Positions 8,683-16,734 of a stretch of DNA of 43,715 nucleotides are shown here, piece after piece. The position numbers were made by a program, and so were the translations under genes. The stretch comes from an uncultured Candidatus Saccharibacteria bacterium (GTDB lineage: Bacteria > Patescibacteriota > Minisyncoccia > Phycocordibacterales > UBA918). The notes beneath the pieces were generated by a model, which saw only the letters and a list, made by a program, of their open reading frames with translations, searched no databases and was not told where the DNA came from. The stretch spans positions 1-43,715 of the forward strand of contig CAZNWG010000004.1 in assembly GCA_964576905.1 (NCBI GenBank), in the 5' to 3' direction. The number at the start of each line of letters is the position of its first letter. Within the stretch, counting starts at the first letter, position 1.

Positions 8683-9138
8683 CTACTTCAGTACCTCCTC
8701 CACGACAGCCTTCACATCGGCGCCGTCCGCCTTTCCCTGGAGCTCTTTCATGAGAGCGCCGATGAGCATACCCATCTTCGATTTGTCGGGGGCTCCCAGC
8801 TCTGCGATTTTCGCTTCGACAATTGGACGGATTTCTTCATGACTCATGAGCTTGGGGAGGTACGATTCGAGTACCGCAAGTTCCTCACGTTCAATCACTG
8901 CAAGGTCCTCGCGACCACCGGCTTCAAACTGCTGGATTGAGTCCTTGCGCTGTTTTGCGAGGCGTTTGATGACGGTGAGCACCCCCGCATCATCGAGGGG
9001 TGTCTGCGGGGTGCGACCCGTGGCGACGAGCTCATTCATAAATGCGGTGAGCATACTGCGCACCGTGCGGAGCTTCACTTCATCGTGTGCCTTCATTGCT
9101 GTCTTCAATTCTTCTCTAATTTGTGTTTGTAAGTCCAT
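8683..9138 (-). CDS. GatB/YqeY domain protein
   Basis: MDLQTQIREELKTAMKAHDEVKLRTVRSMLTAFMNE... is a typical YqeY N-terminus, and the 151-aa length fits. Confidence 0.85.
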   Translation of the reverse strand: MDLQTQIREELKTAMKAHDEVKLRTVRSMLTAFMNELVATGRTPQTPLDDAGVLTVIKRLAKQRKDSIQQFEAGGREDLAVIEREELAVLESYLPKLMSHEEIRPIVEAKIAELGAPDKSKMGMLIGALMKELQGKADGADVKAVVEEVLK

Positions 9139-9178
9139 AATGTGCTTAATTTAGAGTTCTATAGTACCACAAAACTCA

Positions 9179-9187
9179 TGGTAGAAT
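9179..9187 (+). promoter_or_regulatory. Extended -10 (TGgTAgAAT) 7 nt before the rmuC ATG
   Basis: The sequence reads tggtagaat + aatcaat + ATG(9195). Confidence 0.5.
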
Positions 9188-9194
9188 AATCAAT

Positions 9195-10283
9195 ATGAAT
9201 ACAATTGAAATTGGAATCTTCCTGTTACTCATCGCCATTGTGGCGATACTCGTGTACGTCTTTTTCCTCAAGAGGGAAGAGAAGGACACGCAGTCTTCTG
9301 ATGGGCTCATGATGCTTCAGCAACAGTTGCACGACCTCACGCGCACCATGGACGAGCGCATCGGTGAGACGAACCGGGTGATGCAGGAGGGGTCCCGCGC
9401 GCAGTTTCGAGAGAGTAGGGAGCTCATTCAGGAAATCAACAAAGAGGTGAACGAGCAGTTGCGCAACGTCGTGCGGGGTGTCACCGAGGTGTCGGAGTCC
9501 TCAAAGCAGGTGTTCACCATCGCGGACCAACTCCAAAACCTTGAAAAAATTCTCACGCACCAGAAGCAGAGGGGGAACCTCGGTGAGGCGTCACTCCAGC
9601 TCGCACTCGAAAACATGCTCCCCGCAACCGCGTACAAACTCCAGTACGGTTTCCCCGGGGGTGATGCGGTCGATGCGGTCATTATCACCAAAGACGGGAT
9701 GATACCGGTCGATGCGAAGTTCTCGCTCGACAACTACCGCCGTCTCGTGGATGAGACAAACCCCGAAAAGAAAGAAGAGCTTGAGAAGGAGTTCAAGAAC
9801 GATCTCAAAAAGCGCATCGACGAGACTGCGAAGTACATCAGGCCAAAGGACGGCACGCTCCCGTTTGCCTTCATGTACATTCCCGCAGAGGCAATCTACT
9901 ACGACCTCCTTGTGAATGAAGTGGGTGCGGTGAAGGTCAATACGCGCTCACTCATCGACTACGCGTACAAAGACAAGAACGTCATCATCGTGTCACCAAC
10001 CACCTTCGCCGCTTACCTTCAATCGGTACTCTACGGCTTCCGCGCGTTCAAGATAGAGGAGTCCGCAAAGCAGATAGGGAAGCATGTGGAGGGTCTCGCG
10101 CGTCACCTCAAGGCGTACGACGACTACTTCAAGAAGGTGGGTATCTCACTGGGGACCACGGTCAACCACTACAACGCCGCGCAGAAAGAGCTCGGAAAGG
10201 TAGACAAAGACGTAGCAAAAATCACCGACGGAGGTATTGACTTCGAGACAATCGCACTCGAAAAGCCGACTCAGGGGGAATAG
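9195..10283 (+). CDS. rmuC: DNA recombination protein RmuC
   Basis: There is an N-terminal TM, a coiled coil, then DAVIITKDGMIPVDAKFSLDNY and LPFAFMYIPAEAIYYDL. Confidence 0.85.
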   Translation: MNTIEIGIFLLLIAIVAILVYVFFLKREEKDTQSSDGLMMLQQQLHDLTRTMDERIGETNRVMQEGSRAQFRESRELIQEINKEVNEQLRNVVRGVTEVSESSKQVFTIADQLQNLEKILTHQKQRGNLGEASLQLALENMLPATAYKLQYGFPGGDAVDAVIITKDGMIPVDAKFSLDNYRRLVDETNPEKKEELEKEFKNDLKKRIDETAKYIRPKDGTLPFAFMYIPAEAIYYDLLVNEVGAVKVNTRSLIDYAYKDKNVIIVSPTTFAAYLQSVLYGFRAFKIEESAKQIGKHVEGLARHLKAYDDYFKKVGISLGTTVNHYNAAQKELGKVDKDVAKITDGGIDFETIALEKPTQGE

Positions 10284-10300
10284 GGGTTGTATATAGAAAA

Positions 10301-10325
10301 GAGGCGCGGACTGCGTCCGCGCCTC
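10301..10325. terminator. Hairpin terminator, with the better T-run on the minus strand
   Basis: The stem is gaggcgcgga-ctgcg-tccgcgcctc, with aaaa upstream on the plus strand. Confidence 0.6.
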
Positions 10326-10353
10326 TTGTGGTGTCTCCTTGTCAGAACACCGT

Positions 10354-10740
10354 TCAAATCGTATCTTCACCACCAGGGTCCCTCGGTGCATCTCTCTTTG
10401 TTGGAGGAATGCTTTCGACGTTGTTTATCTGATTCGTGTTTGGTCCACTCATTATGAATGTGTGGCCATCATTGCATTTGAACACAATTGTGACCCCGGA
10501 TACATTTTCGTGTTTGTATTTCCCGTTGACAGCTCTGATTTCAATGAAGTCTGCTTTTTTGAAGATGATCTTATCGAAATCACCACTACCGGTACAGATG
10601 ATTTTACCGGTCTCGATAAGTTCCTTCACCGTTGTGGCCTTTTTCACGGGAGGATTTTGCTTCGGCGGCTTGGCTTCAGCGACTCCACTCGTGATGAAAA
10701 GTGAAAAGAGAATTGCGGGTATTGCAGCGTAAGACCTCAT
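10354..10740 (-). CDS. Small secreted two-Cys protein (P1)
   Basis: It has the signal peptide MRSYAAIPAILFSLFITSGVAEA. AGGAGG lies upstream of the ATG at 10740. Confidence 0.6.
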   Translation of the reverse strand: MRSYAAIPAILFSLFITSGVAEAKPPKQNPPVKKATTVKELIETGKIICTGSGDFDKIIFKKADFIEIRAVNGKYKHENVSGVTIVFKCNDGHTFIMSGPNTNQINNVESIPPTKRDAPRDPGGEDTI

Positions 10741-10865
10741 TTTGCCTCCTTGGCACAGAAAAAGAAATTGTTGAAGAACTTCGTTATTATTATACAATAT
10801 AATCAGAAGAGTGCAAATTCAAGAGGCCAGATATCGCTGGCAACATATTTTGATAAAAAATTAAA

Positions 10866-10889
10866 GCGCGCAGTCCGAGGGATGCGCGC
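10866..10889 (-). terminator. Intrinsic terminator
   Basis: The stem is gcgcgca/tgcgcgc, with a T-run on the minus strand. Confidence 0.55.
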
Positions 10890-10925
10890 CTGTCTTGTGT
10901 TTCTCTCCTTGATTCTGGACAGTGT

Positions 10926-11213
10926 TCATATCGAGATCCTGCGCAGGTTGTAAAACTTGTTGTACTGGGCGGGCTCTCTCACCGGTACCACACGTATCTC
11001 CACTGTGTGGTCTGTGCAGAAGTAGTGAATGTTCACCACCTTGCTGTGCACTTGATAGTTTGCTTTGAAATTTTCAATGCCACCGTGTGCCTCACAGGGT
11101 GATTTCATAGGTGTCGTCACCATGTGCTCCGACTTCGTTCCCTGAAATACTGGATACGCATGAACGTACGGAATCGATGCCAGAATGACTGCGAATGCAT
11201 AAATCGTTTTCAT
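10926..11213 (-). CDS. Small secreted two-Cys protein (P2)
   Basis: It has the signal peptide MKTIYAFAVILASIPYVHA and is 95 aa. Confidence 0.55.
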   Translation of the reverse strand: MKTIYAFAVILASIPYVHAYPVFQGTKSEHMVTTPMKSPCEAHGGIENFKANYQVHSKVVNIHYFCTDHTVEIRVVPVREPAQYNKFYNLRRISI

Positions 11214-11246
11214 GAGCTTTCTCCAGTTGCTGATTGGAAAAGAATG

Positions 11247-11273
11247 AAAACGCGCGGGGTTTTAATCCGCGCG
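11247..11273 (-). terminator. Intrinsic terminator
   Basis: The stem is cgcgcgg/ccgcgcg, with a T-run on the minus strand. Confidence 0.55.
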
Positions 11274-11294
11274 CTTGAGCGAGGATCAGCCAGC

Positions 11295-11636
11295 TCACTT
11301 CTGTATCTGGTGGAAATACACCCACGTTTTATCGGCGCAGGTGATTTTGTCCATGGTATCCTGGTACCAGTATTTCCTTTCGCCTACGTCGATGCTGAGA
11401 AGGCCACCATGACCGTTGTTGCAGAACTCTTCTGCTTTGCGGATTGAGGAGATGTAGACAGGAACCCCACCCTGCTTTCTGAGTTCTTGTAGCTCCTTCT
11501 CGCTTGAGGTCCCATACGAAAGTCCGAGCAGGAATCCAGCCGACAAAACCCCTAGTCCCACAACGATTAGGAATATGATGACTAGAGCATTGGAACTCGT
11601 GTTGGCAGGTTTGTTCGACTGAGTAGTTTCCATCAT
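11295..11636 (-). CDS. Small membrane-anchored two-Cys protein (P3)
   Basis: It has the N-terminal TM ALVIIFLIVVGLGVLSAGFLLGL and an AGGAGG SD. Confidence 0.55.
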   Translation of the reverse strand: MMETTQSNKPANTSSNALVIIFLIVVGLGVLSAGFLLGLSYGTSSEKELQELRKQGGVPVYISSIRKAEEFCNNGHGGLLSIDVGERKYWYQDTMDKITCADKTWVYFHQIQK

Positions 11637-11814
11637 TGCCTCCTGGCAAAAGAAAATAAATTGTTGAAGAGCAATACGTCAGATATTATACGATACAATT
11701 GTAAAAAAGCAAGTATCTGAGTTCCTGAGGCTCAAAACCTATAAATTTGAGCTTTCTCTCAGCATATCCCCAAATGTTGCATTTTTTATGCTTTTCTTGT
11801 ACAATCGTGCCACT

Positions 11815-12162
11815 ATGAATACAGAGAAGACAACAACAGAAAAGCCAACAGAATTCGCCATTATTGAGACGGGAGGAAAGCAGTATATGGTCTCGGTGGG
11901 TGATGTGCTCGAAGTTGAGCTTCTCGGTGACCACAAAGAGGGTGATGCTATAGAATTTGATAAAGTACTCATGGTGGACAATGGTCTTGATACGACTATT
12001 GGGGAGCCATACATCAAGGGAGCTGTGGTAAAGGCAACTTTTCAACAGGAGAAGAAGGGAATTAAGCTCCACATCGTCCGCTACAAGGCAAAGAGCAACC
12101 GCGACCGACGCATCGGACACCGCCAGAAATACGCGCAGGTGAAGATTGACGCACTCAAATAA
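11815..12162 (+). CDS. rplU: 50S ribosomal protein L21
   Basis: FAIIETGGKQYMVSVGDVLEVE...RYKAKSNRDRRIGHRQKYAQVKI matches L21. Confidence 0.92.
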   Translation: MNTEKTTTEKPTEFAIIETGGKQYMVSVGDVLEVELLGDHKEGDAIEFDKVLMVDNGLDTTIGEPYIKGAVVKATFQQEKKGIKLHIVRYKAKSNRDRRIGHRQKYAQVKIDALK

Positions 12163-12181
12163 TTTGAATTTGAAATAGGAA

Positions 12182-12210
12182 ACCGCCACGACTTACGTCG
12201 TGGCGGTTTT
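12182..12210 (+). terminator. rplU terminator hairpin; copy A of a duplicated hairpin
   Basis: The sequence is accgccacgac-ttac-gtcgtggcggt followed by ttt. Confidence 0.75.
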
Positions 12211-12309
12211 GTGTATACAGGCATTCATTCATACCCAAAACAAAACCCCGTCAATGAAGACCGGGGTTTTTCTTGTTTCGCTCGTGACCTCTGATTGGGG
12301 AACTCTTTC

Positions 12310-12717
12310 TTATTGTTTCCTGATATTTTCTAAGGTACCTTTTATCGCAAGGTCAGGCATTTTTGCCAAAGAATTGAGCATTGTGTGTGTTATGGGGGCG
12401 TTGACTATGAGTGTCTTCCCACCAGTAACCCTCACTTCACTTACTCCTTCCCATTTGAGCATTCCCATGATGAACAGCGGCGTCTGTCCATCAATTGTCC
12501 TCGAGGTGTATGTCTTGGAAGGCATAGCAGGGTAGCGTGTCCCAAGGGAGATGGTCGTAGTATTTCCTCTCGTGATGAATGACGTGCCGTCCGTACACCC
12601 ACCTTCAGCATAACCGCTGTCTGAACTGAGAGCAGAACACCTTACATCGGAAGCGAGAACTGAGCCAGACAGAACAGCAAGGAGTAAGGAGAGGACAGGG
12701 ATGATGAGCTTGATCAT
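12310..12717 (-). CDS. Small secreted protein (P4)
   Basis: It has the signal peptide MIKLIIPVLSLLLAVLSGSVLA. The track ORF is trimmed to the ATG at 12717. Confidence 0.55.
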   Translation of the reverse strand: MIKLIIPVLSLLLAVLSGSVLASDVRCSALSSDSGYAEGGCTDGTSFITRGNTTTISLGTRYPAMPSKTYTSRTIDGQTPLFIMGMLKWEGVSEVRVTGGKTLIVNAPITHTMLNSLAKMPDLAIKGTLENIRKQ

Positions 12718-12844
12718 CTGATGATTACTCCAAATGAAATTTGATTGAAGTGCCACTAAAATAAATTTCGTGACGGAACGTAATACTGGGAATACTATAC
12801 AATATTCGCTAAAATAGTCAAGTAATGCTGAATTTAGGACCAAA

Positions 12845-12875
12845 ACCGCCACGACTCACGTCGTGGCGGTTTTTT
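12845..12875. terminator. Copy B of the duplicated hairpin; no plus-strand gene lies upstream
   Basis: The sequence is accgccacgac-tcac-gtcgtggcggt followed by ttttt. The stem is identical to that of 12182-12207, with one loop difference. Confidence 0.6.
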
Positions 12876-12902
12876 AGACTTTTCCATATGTGGTTACATA
12901 AC

Positions 12903-12931
12903 AAAACCCCCGACCTTTGTGGGGCGGGGGG
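12903..12931 (-). terminator. Intrinsic terminator of the 12952-13530 gene
   Basis: The stem is cccccgacc/gggcggggg with one mismatch, followed by ttttgt on the minus strand. Confidence 0.55.
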
Positions 12932-12951
12932 TTCGATGGTAATCTTGTCGA

Positions 12952-13530
12952 TTACCAATTGCGGACCTTCAGGTTGAAGCAGACGGCGTACATGAGCTCC
13001 TCCTTCTCGAACAGAGTGCCATGGTAGATGTCGAGAGTGTATGCGTCAACGACTCTTACTCCCGTGACACCTCTCACATCGAGTAATTCTCGAACTATCG
13101 CCGGGGCATCCTTCGATTTTGAACGTTCGAAATAGTTCCGGTTGGTTGGGAGGGCCGTCGTGGTGTGCAACGTTATGTATGTTGAAACTCCATCAACCAA
13201 TTTGAACCTATCGATTTTCGCAACGAATTCCTTCGATAGCTTCCCATTTTCAAGGCGGTACGCAATGCACTTTTCGCGAGCATCACGGATCCTTTCGATG
13301 TTAGGATGTGTAGAAACGTCACCGCTATTGCCGTTATGTCCGATGTAGAAGATATGGTTGCCATTGGCGATAGGAGAGGTGGCGGTAACTTCGTGAAGAA
13401 GGTGTCCCCACTTCTCTTGGGTAGTGTGATTACTCGCGTCAGTACCGCAACTCTTTGCCGGTTCTCCTGCAAAGGCGGTCAGGGATGCGAAAAGGGAAAT
13501 GAGGACTGCGAGGACGACGGACTTGAACAT
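12952..13530 (-). CDS. Secreted hypothetical protein (P5)
   Basis: It has the signal peptide MFKSVVLAVLISLFASLTAFA. AAGGAG lies 7 nt upstream of the ATG at 13530. Confidence 0.6.
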   Translation of the reverse strand: MFKSVVLAVLISLFASLTAFAGEPAKSCGTDASNHTTQEKWGHLLHEVTATSPIANGNHIFYIGHNGNSGDVSTHPNIERIRDAREKCIAYRLENGKLSKEFVAKIDRFKLVDGVSTYITLHTTTALPTNRNYFERSKSKDAPAIVRELLDVRGVTGVRVVDAYTLDIYHGTLFEKEELMYAVCFNLKVRNW

Positions 13531-13680
13531 GATGATTCTCCTTGGTTGGTTTTTCAATGCCACAAAGTGTGACGGAACTTAATACTCTTATATTATAACA
13601 TAGAATAAAGGCCAGTCAAGTGCATACATTTCTTTATACACAGAGCCATTTTTCAGCTATCCCCATGTGGCGGAAATTAC

Positions 13681-13741
13681 TGTGGATAGGGCTCATTTTC
13701 GTGTGGATAACTGTTGTAAAGTCTGTGGATTTGTGGGATAA
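13681..13741 (+). promoter_or_regulatory. Cluster of four same-orientation DnaA-box-like 9-mers
   Basis: The sites are TGTGGATAG at 13681, TGTGGATAA at 13702 (the exact complement of TTATCCACA), TGTGGATTT at 13724 and TGTGGGATA at 13732. An AT-rich stretch lies just upstream (about 13570-13660). Confidence 0.5.
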
Positions 13742-13801
13742 TGAGGTGGTCCGGAAAGTCCGAACTTGGTCTTTCATAACTCAGCACTTAGGAGGTGCAT
13801 C

Positions 13802-14122
13802 ATGGATTACTCACCTGTATCATATGGGCTTCAGCTCTTTGGTTTCATTCTCGCGATGGTACTCTCGACGGTGGTTCTCCTCACCATCACGATTTCAGAG
13901 TTCGCAAATCGCCCGGTTCACTTTGCGATTCTCAAGTGGTTCAACAAGAAATCCACGTTTTGGGGATTGGGAGATCGGGGTTGGTATCTGACCCTCAGGT
14001 TCCTCCAAGTGTTCGGAGTATTGGGGCTCGTCCTCATGCTCATTTTCGGAATTCCGTTTCCATACTCATTCTACCTGAGTTTCATCCTCGGGTGCCTAAT
14101 GGTTTTACGGAAAATGTCATGA
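13802..14122 (+). CDS. Small polytopic membrane protein
   Basis: AGGAGG lies 7 nt upstream of the ATG. Hydrophobic segments include LQLFGFILAMVLSTVVLLTI and VFGVLGLVLMLIFGIPF. Confidence 0.55.
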   Translation: MDYSPVSYGLQLFGFILAMVLSTVVLLTITISEFANRPVHFAILKWFNKKSTFWGLGDRGWYLTLRFLQVFGVLGLVLMLIFGIPFPYSFYLSFILGCLMVLRKMS

Positions 14123-14142
14123 ATAATTCCGCAATACGGTGA

Positions 14143-14172
14143 AGAGCCCGCAGTATGTACTATGCGGGCTCT
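14143..14172 (+). terminator. Intrinsic terminator
   Basis: agagcccgca / tgcgggctct forms a 10-bp stem, with ctgtttg after it. Confidence 0.6.
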
Positions 14173-14302
14173 CTGTTTGAAATATGATTTTGGTACCGGC
14201 TTGCCATTTTAAAAATCGCGTACAGGGTAGACGAAAACAACAATCGTGGTATATTTATATCAGTAGTTCCGCAGTTATATACGAATACCTTTGGGTAAAG
14301 AG

Positions 14303-14497
14303 ATGAAGATGGAAATTTTTGAAATCGTTGGTGTCATCTTCGTGATGACGTTTATCTTTTGGTCCGCGTGCCGTCTGCCTGCAGAGCCGTGGACCGAAAT
14401 GTCATTTGAAGGCAACCGTTCGAGCGCCCTCACGATAGTCACAGTGACCCTGCTCATCGGAGGAACCCTCCTTTTTCTCCTCATGTCCCCACGCTAG
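14303..14497 (+). CDS. Small two-TM membrane protein (hypothetical)
   Basis: An ORF with two hydrophobic segments. The start is uncertain: TTG at 14291, or ATG at 14303 or 14309. Confidence 0.35.
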   Translation: MKMEIFEIVGVIFVMTFIFWSACRLPAEPWTEMSFEGNRSSALTIVTVTLLIGGTLLFLLMSPR

Positions 14498-14530
14498 CAT
14501 ATGATCCAATGAGGTTCTGGGAAAAGCGAG

Positions 14531-14564
14531 AACCCGGCGTCTGCACAGACAGGCCGGGTTTTTT
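14531..14564. terminator. Bidirectional terminator
   Basis: The sequence is aacccggcgtctg-ca-cagacaggccgggtt followed by tttt, lying between convergent genes. Confidence 0.65.
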
Positions 14565-14636
14565 CGTGTCACAGAGGTCGCACTTTAAAGGGTGTGAAGG
14601 GTTTTCAGAAAACGCGAAGAATTTCTTGAATCGTCT

Positions 14637-15251
14637 TTACGCTCTGTTTTTGAGTGCATTCTTTATCGTGTCGGGGTCAGCATACTCGAGCTCTGAGCCA
14701 GTCGAGAGGCCACGACCGAGGTGTGTGATTTGTATGCTTTTGCCTTCAATGAGTGGTCGGAGGAGAGACTCCACGTACCGTGCGGTGTTCTCGCCGTCGG
14801 GATTGATTGAAAAAGCAATGATTATTTCTGAAAGACCGAGTGGAATTCGTTCCTCCACGATGTGTTTGAGCTGTCCACCACGGAGCTTTTTTATGTCCTG
14901 TGTATCGAGGAGCGGTACGGTACCACCGAGCACAAAATACAGCCCATCATACATACCACTCCGTTCTATGGCGTCGATGTCGGTGTCGCGCTCGACGATG
15001 GTCAGCTTGGTGTGGTCACGCGCCGGTGCGTTGCAGAGTGAGCACTGACTGTTGGTACTTTGCTCACTGTGATAGCGCGCGCACGAAGGACATGAGGACA
15101 CCTGCGCGCGTAGTACACGGATGAGCTCAGCGAGCTCGACTGCATCATCGGGGTGCATGGTGAGAATGTGAAACACAAACCGCCGTGCTTGACGCGAACC
15201 AATACCGGGGAAACGTTCGAAGTGCTTGATGAGCTTGTCGAAAGTGGTCAT
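14637..15251 (-). CDS. recR: Recombination protein RecR
   Basis: It contains FERFPGIGSRQARRF (HhH), a C4 zinc finger (CPSCARY...CSLC) and a Toprim region. Confidence 0.92.
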   Translation of the reverse strand: MTTFDKLIKHFERFPGIGSRQARRFVFHILTMHPDDAVELAELIRVLRAQVSSCPSCARYHSEQSTNSQCSLCNAPARDHTKLTIVERDTDIDAIERSGMYDGLYFVLGGTVPLLDTQDIKKLRGGQLKHIVEERIPLGLSEIIIAFSINPDGENTARYVESLLRPLIEGKSIQITHLGRGLSTGSELEYADPDTIKNALKNRA

Positions 15252-15254
15252 GGA

Positions 15255-16655
15255 CTAAAAATCATCACGATCAACACCAACGGTGTGGTGTGTGTCGAGA
15301 TTGATAAATCGCACGTGTTTGCTATCAAAGTAGAGCTCAGCACTTCCGACGGGGCCATTACGGTGTTTCTCAACGAGGATTTCTGCAATGTTGGTCCGGT
15401 CTGACTCCTTGTTTATTTTATCCTCACGGTGAATGAACATCACGACATCGGCATCCTGCTCGATGGAACCAGAGTCACGGAGGTCGGAGAGTCGTGGCTT
15501 ACCACCGCGTTGCTCAACGGCACGAGAGAGTTGAGAGAGCGCAACGATAGGTACGTCGAGTTCGCGCGCAAGTATTTTGAGTGAACGAGAGATCTCGGTG
15601 ACCTGCTGTACCATCGAGTCGCTCGCCTTGCTCGACGTAGGGCTCATGAGCTGAAGGTAGTCCACTATGAGGAGGTCGAGCCCATGCTCATTCTTGAGAC
15701 GGCGTGCCGATGAGCGCATTTTGAGGATGTTGTTGCCCGGTTGATCATCGATATGGATGGGTGCTTCCGCCAGACGGGCCATTGCTGATTGTACCGCTTC
15801 AAACTCACTGTCGGTGCGGAGCTTGCCGGTGCGGAGCTTCCACGAGTCGACACCCGCCTCAGCCGCGAGCATGCGGTCGACGAGTTGTTGGTCGCTCATC
15901 TCGAGAGAGAAGATACCCACAGATGCACCATGGATACATGCAGCATTACGCGCAATGTCGAGTGCAAATGTTGTTTTTCCCATGGAGGGACGTGCTGCAA
16001 GTATGACGAGGTCGGATTTTTGCAAGCCTGCAAGGATATTGTCGAGTGCCAGAAAACCTGTAGGGACACCACGATGGGTCTCTTCAGATGAATTCAGTTT
16101 TTCAAATCTATCCCATGCTTCGGAGAGGGAATTTCCAATTGGATTAAAACGCTGGGTCGTCGGCGCATTGGTGACGTGATATATCTTTTTTTCTGCACTA
16201 TCCATCGTTTCATCAATGTTTTCCGGATCAGAGTATCCCAATTCGGCAATCTCATCGGCTGCATTGATGAGTCCACGGAGTATTGATTTGTTCTGCACGA
16301 GCTCGGCGTAGTAGAGTGCGTTAGACGCAGCGGGAACAGTTTCCACGAGCTCAGTGATGTATGCTGCGCCACCGACACGCTCGAGAAGACTGCGCGACTT
16401 AAGCTTCGTGGTGATTGAGAGAATATCGATAGGGTCTCCGTGCATGAATGTATCCAAAATTGCACGATATATTTCTCTATGCTTGTCTGCATAGAAAGAT
16501 TCCGGATACACCGTCACAGAGACATCGTGCATCGTTTCTGCTTTTAGGATAATAGCTCCGAGAAGCGCTCGCTCCGCATCAATGTTTTGGGGCGGGGTAC
16601 GCAAAAGTCGGCTTCGGGTTCCTTGATTGGTGTTGCTTTGTGCAAGTTCATCCAT
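15255..16655 (-). CDS. dnaB: Replicative DNA helicase DnaB
   Basis: It contains PPQNIDAERALLGAIIL, ARPSMGKTTFAL, LLIVDYLQLM and SQLSRAVEQR. Confidence 0.95.
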   Translation of the reverse strand: MDELAQSNTNQGTRSRLLRTPPQNIDAERALLGAIILKAETMHDVSVTVYPESFYADKHREIYRAILDTFMHGDPIDILSITTKLKSRSLLERVGGAAYITELVETVPAASNALYYAELVQNKSILRGLINAADEIAELGYSDPENIDETMDSAEKKIYHVTNAPTTQRFNPIGNSLSEAWDRFEKLNSSEETHRGVPTGFLALDNILAGLQKSDLVILAARPSMGKTTFALDIARNAACIHGASVGIFSLEMSDQQLVDRMLAAEAGVDSWKLRTGKLRTDSEFEAVQSAMARLAEAPIHIDDQPGNNILKMRSSARRLKNEHGLDLLIVDYLQLMSPTSSKASDSMVQQVTEISRSLKILARELDVPIVALSQLSRAVEQRGGKPRLSDLRDSGSIEQDADVVMFIHREDKINKESDRTNIAEILVEKHRNGPVGSAELYFDSKHVRFINLDTHHTVGVDRDDF

Positions 16656-16665
16656 AGAGGTTCAC

Positions 16666-16674
16666 ATTGTAGCA
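16666..16674 (-). promoter_or_regulatory. Extended -10 (TGcTAcAAT) 10 nt before the dnaB ATG
   Basis: On the minus strand the sequence reads tgctacaat + gtgaacctct + ATG(16655), with no SD. Confidence 0.5.
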
Positions 16675-16734
16675 CGAAGAAAAAATCGTGATACAAGCGT
16701 GGAAAGTGGGGAATGAGTGGATAAGCCCAGTATC

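Noticed and set aside
12921-12935. A tRNA T-arm-like GGTTCGAT.
   Set aside because: It is the 3' half of a G/C-rich terminator hairpin. No acceptor, D or anticodon arms can be built around it.
13620-14142. Alternative overlapping ORFs 13620-13991 and 13795-14142.
   Set aside because: Only the 13802-14122 frame has a strong SD (AGGAGG, 7-nt spacing) and coherent TM segments. The 13620 ORF would run through the DnaA-box cluster and promoter region.
14509-15048. A 179-aa plus-strand ORF antisense to recR.
   Set aside because: recR on the minus strand is unambiguous, and the plus-strand ORF starts inside a terminator and has low-complexity Ser/Arg content.
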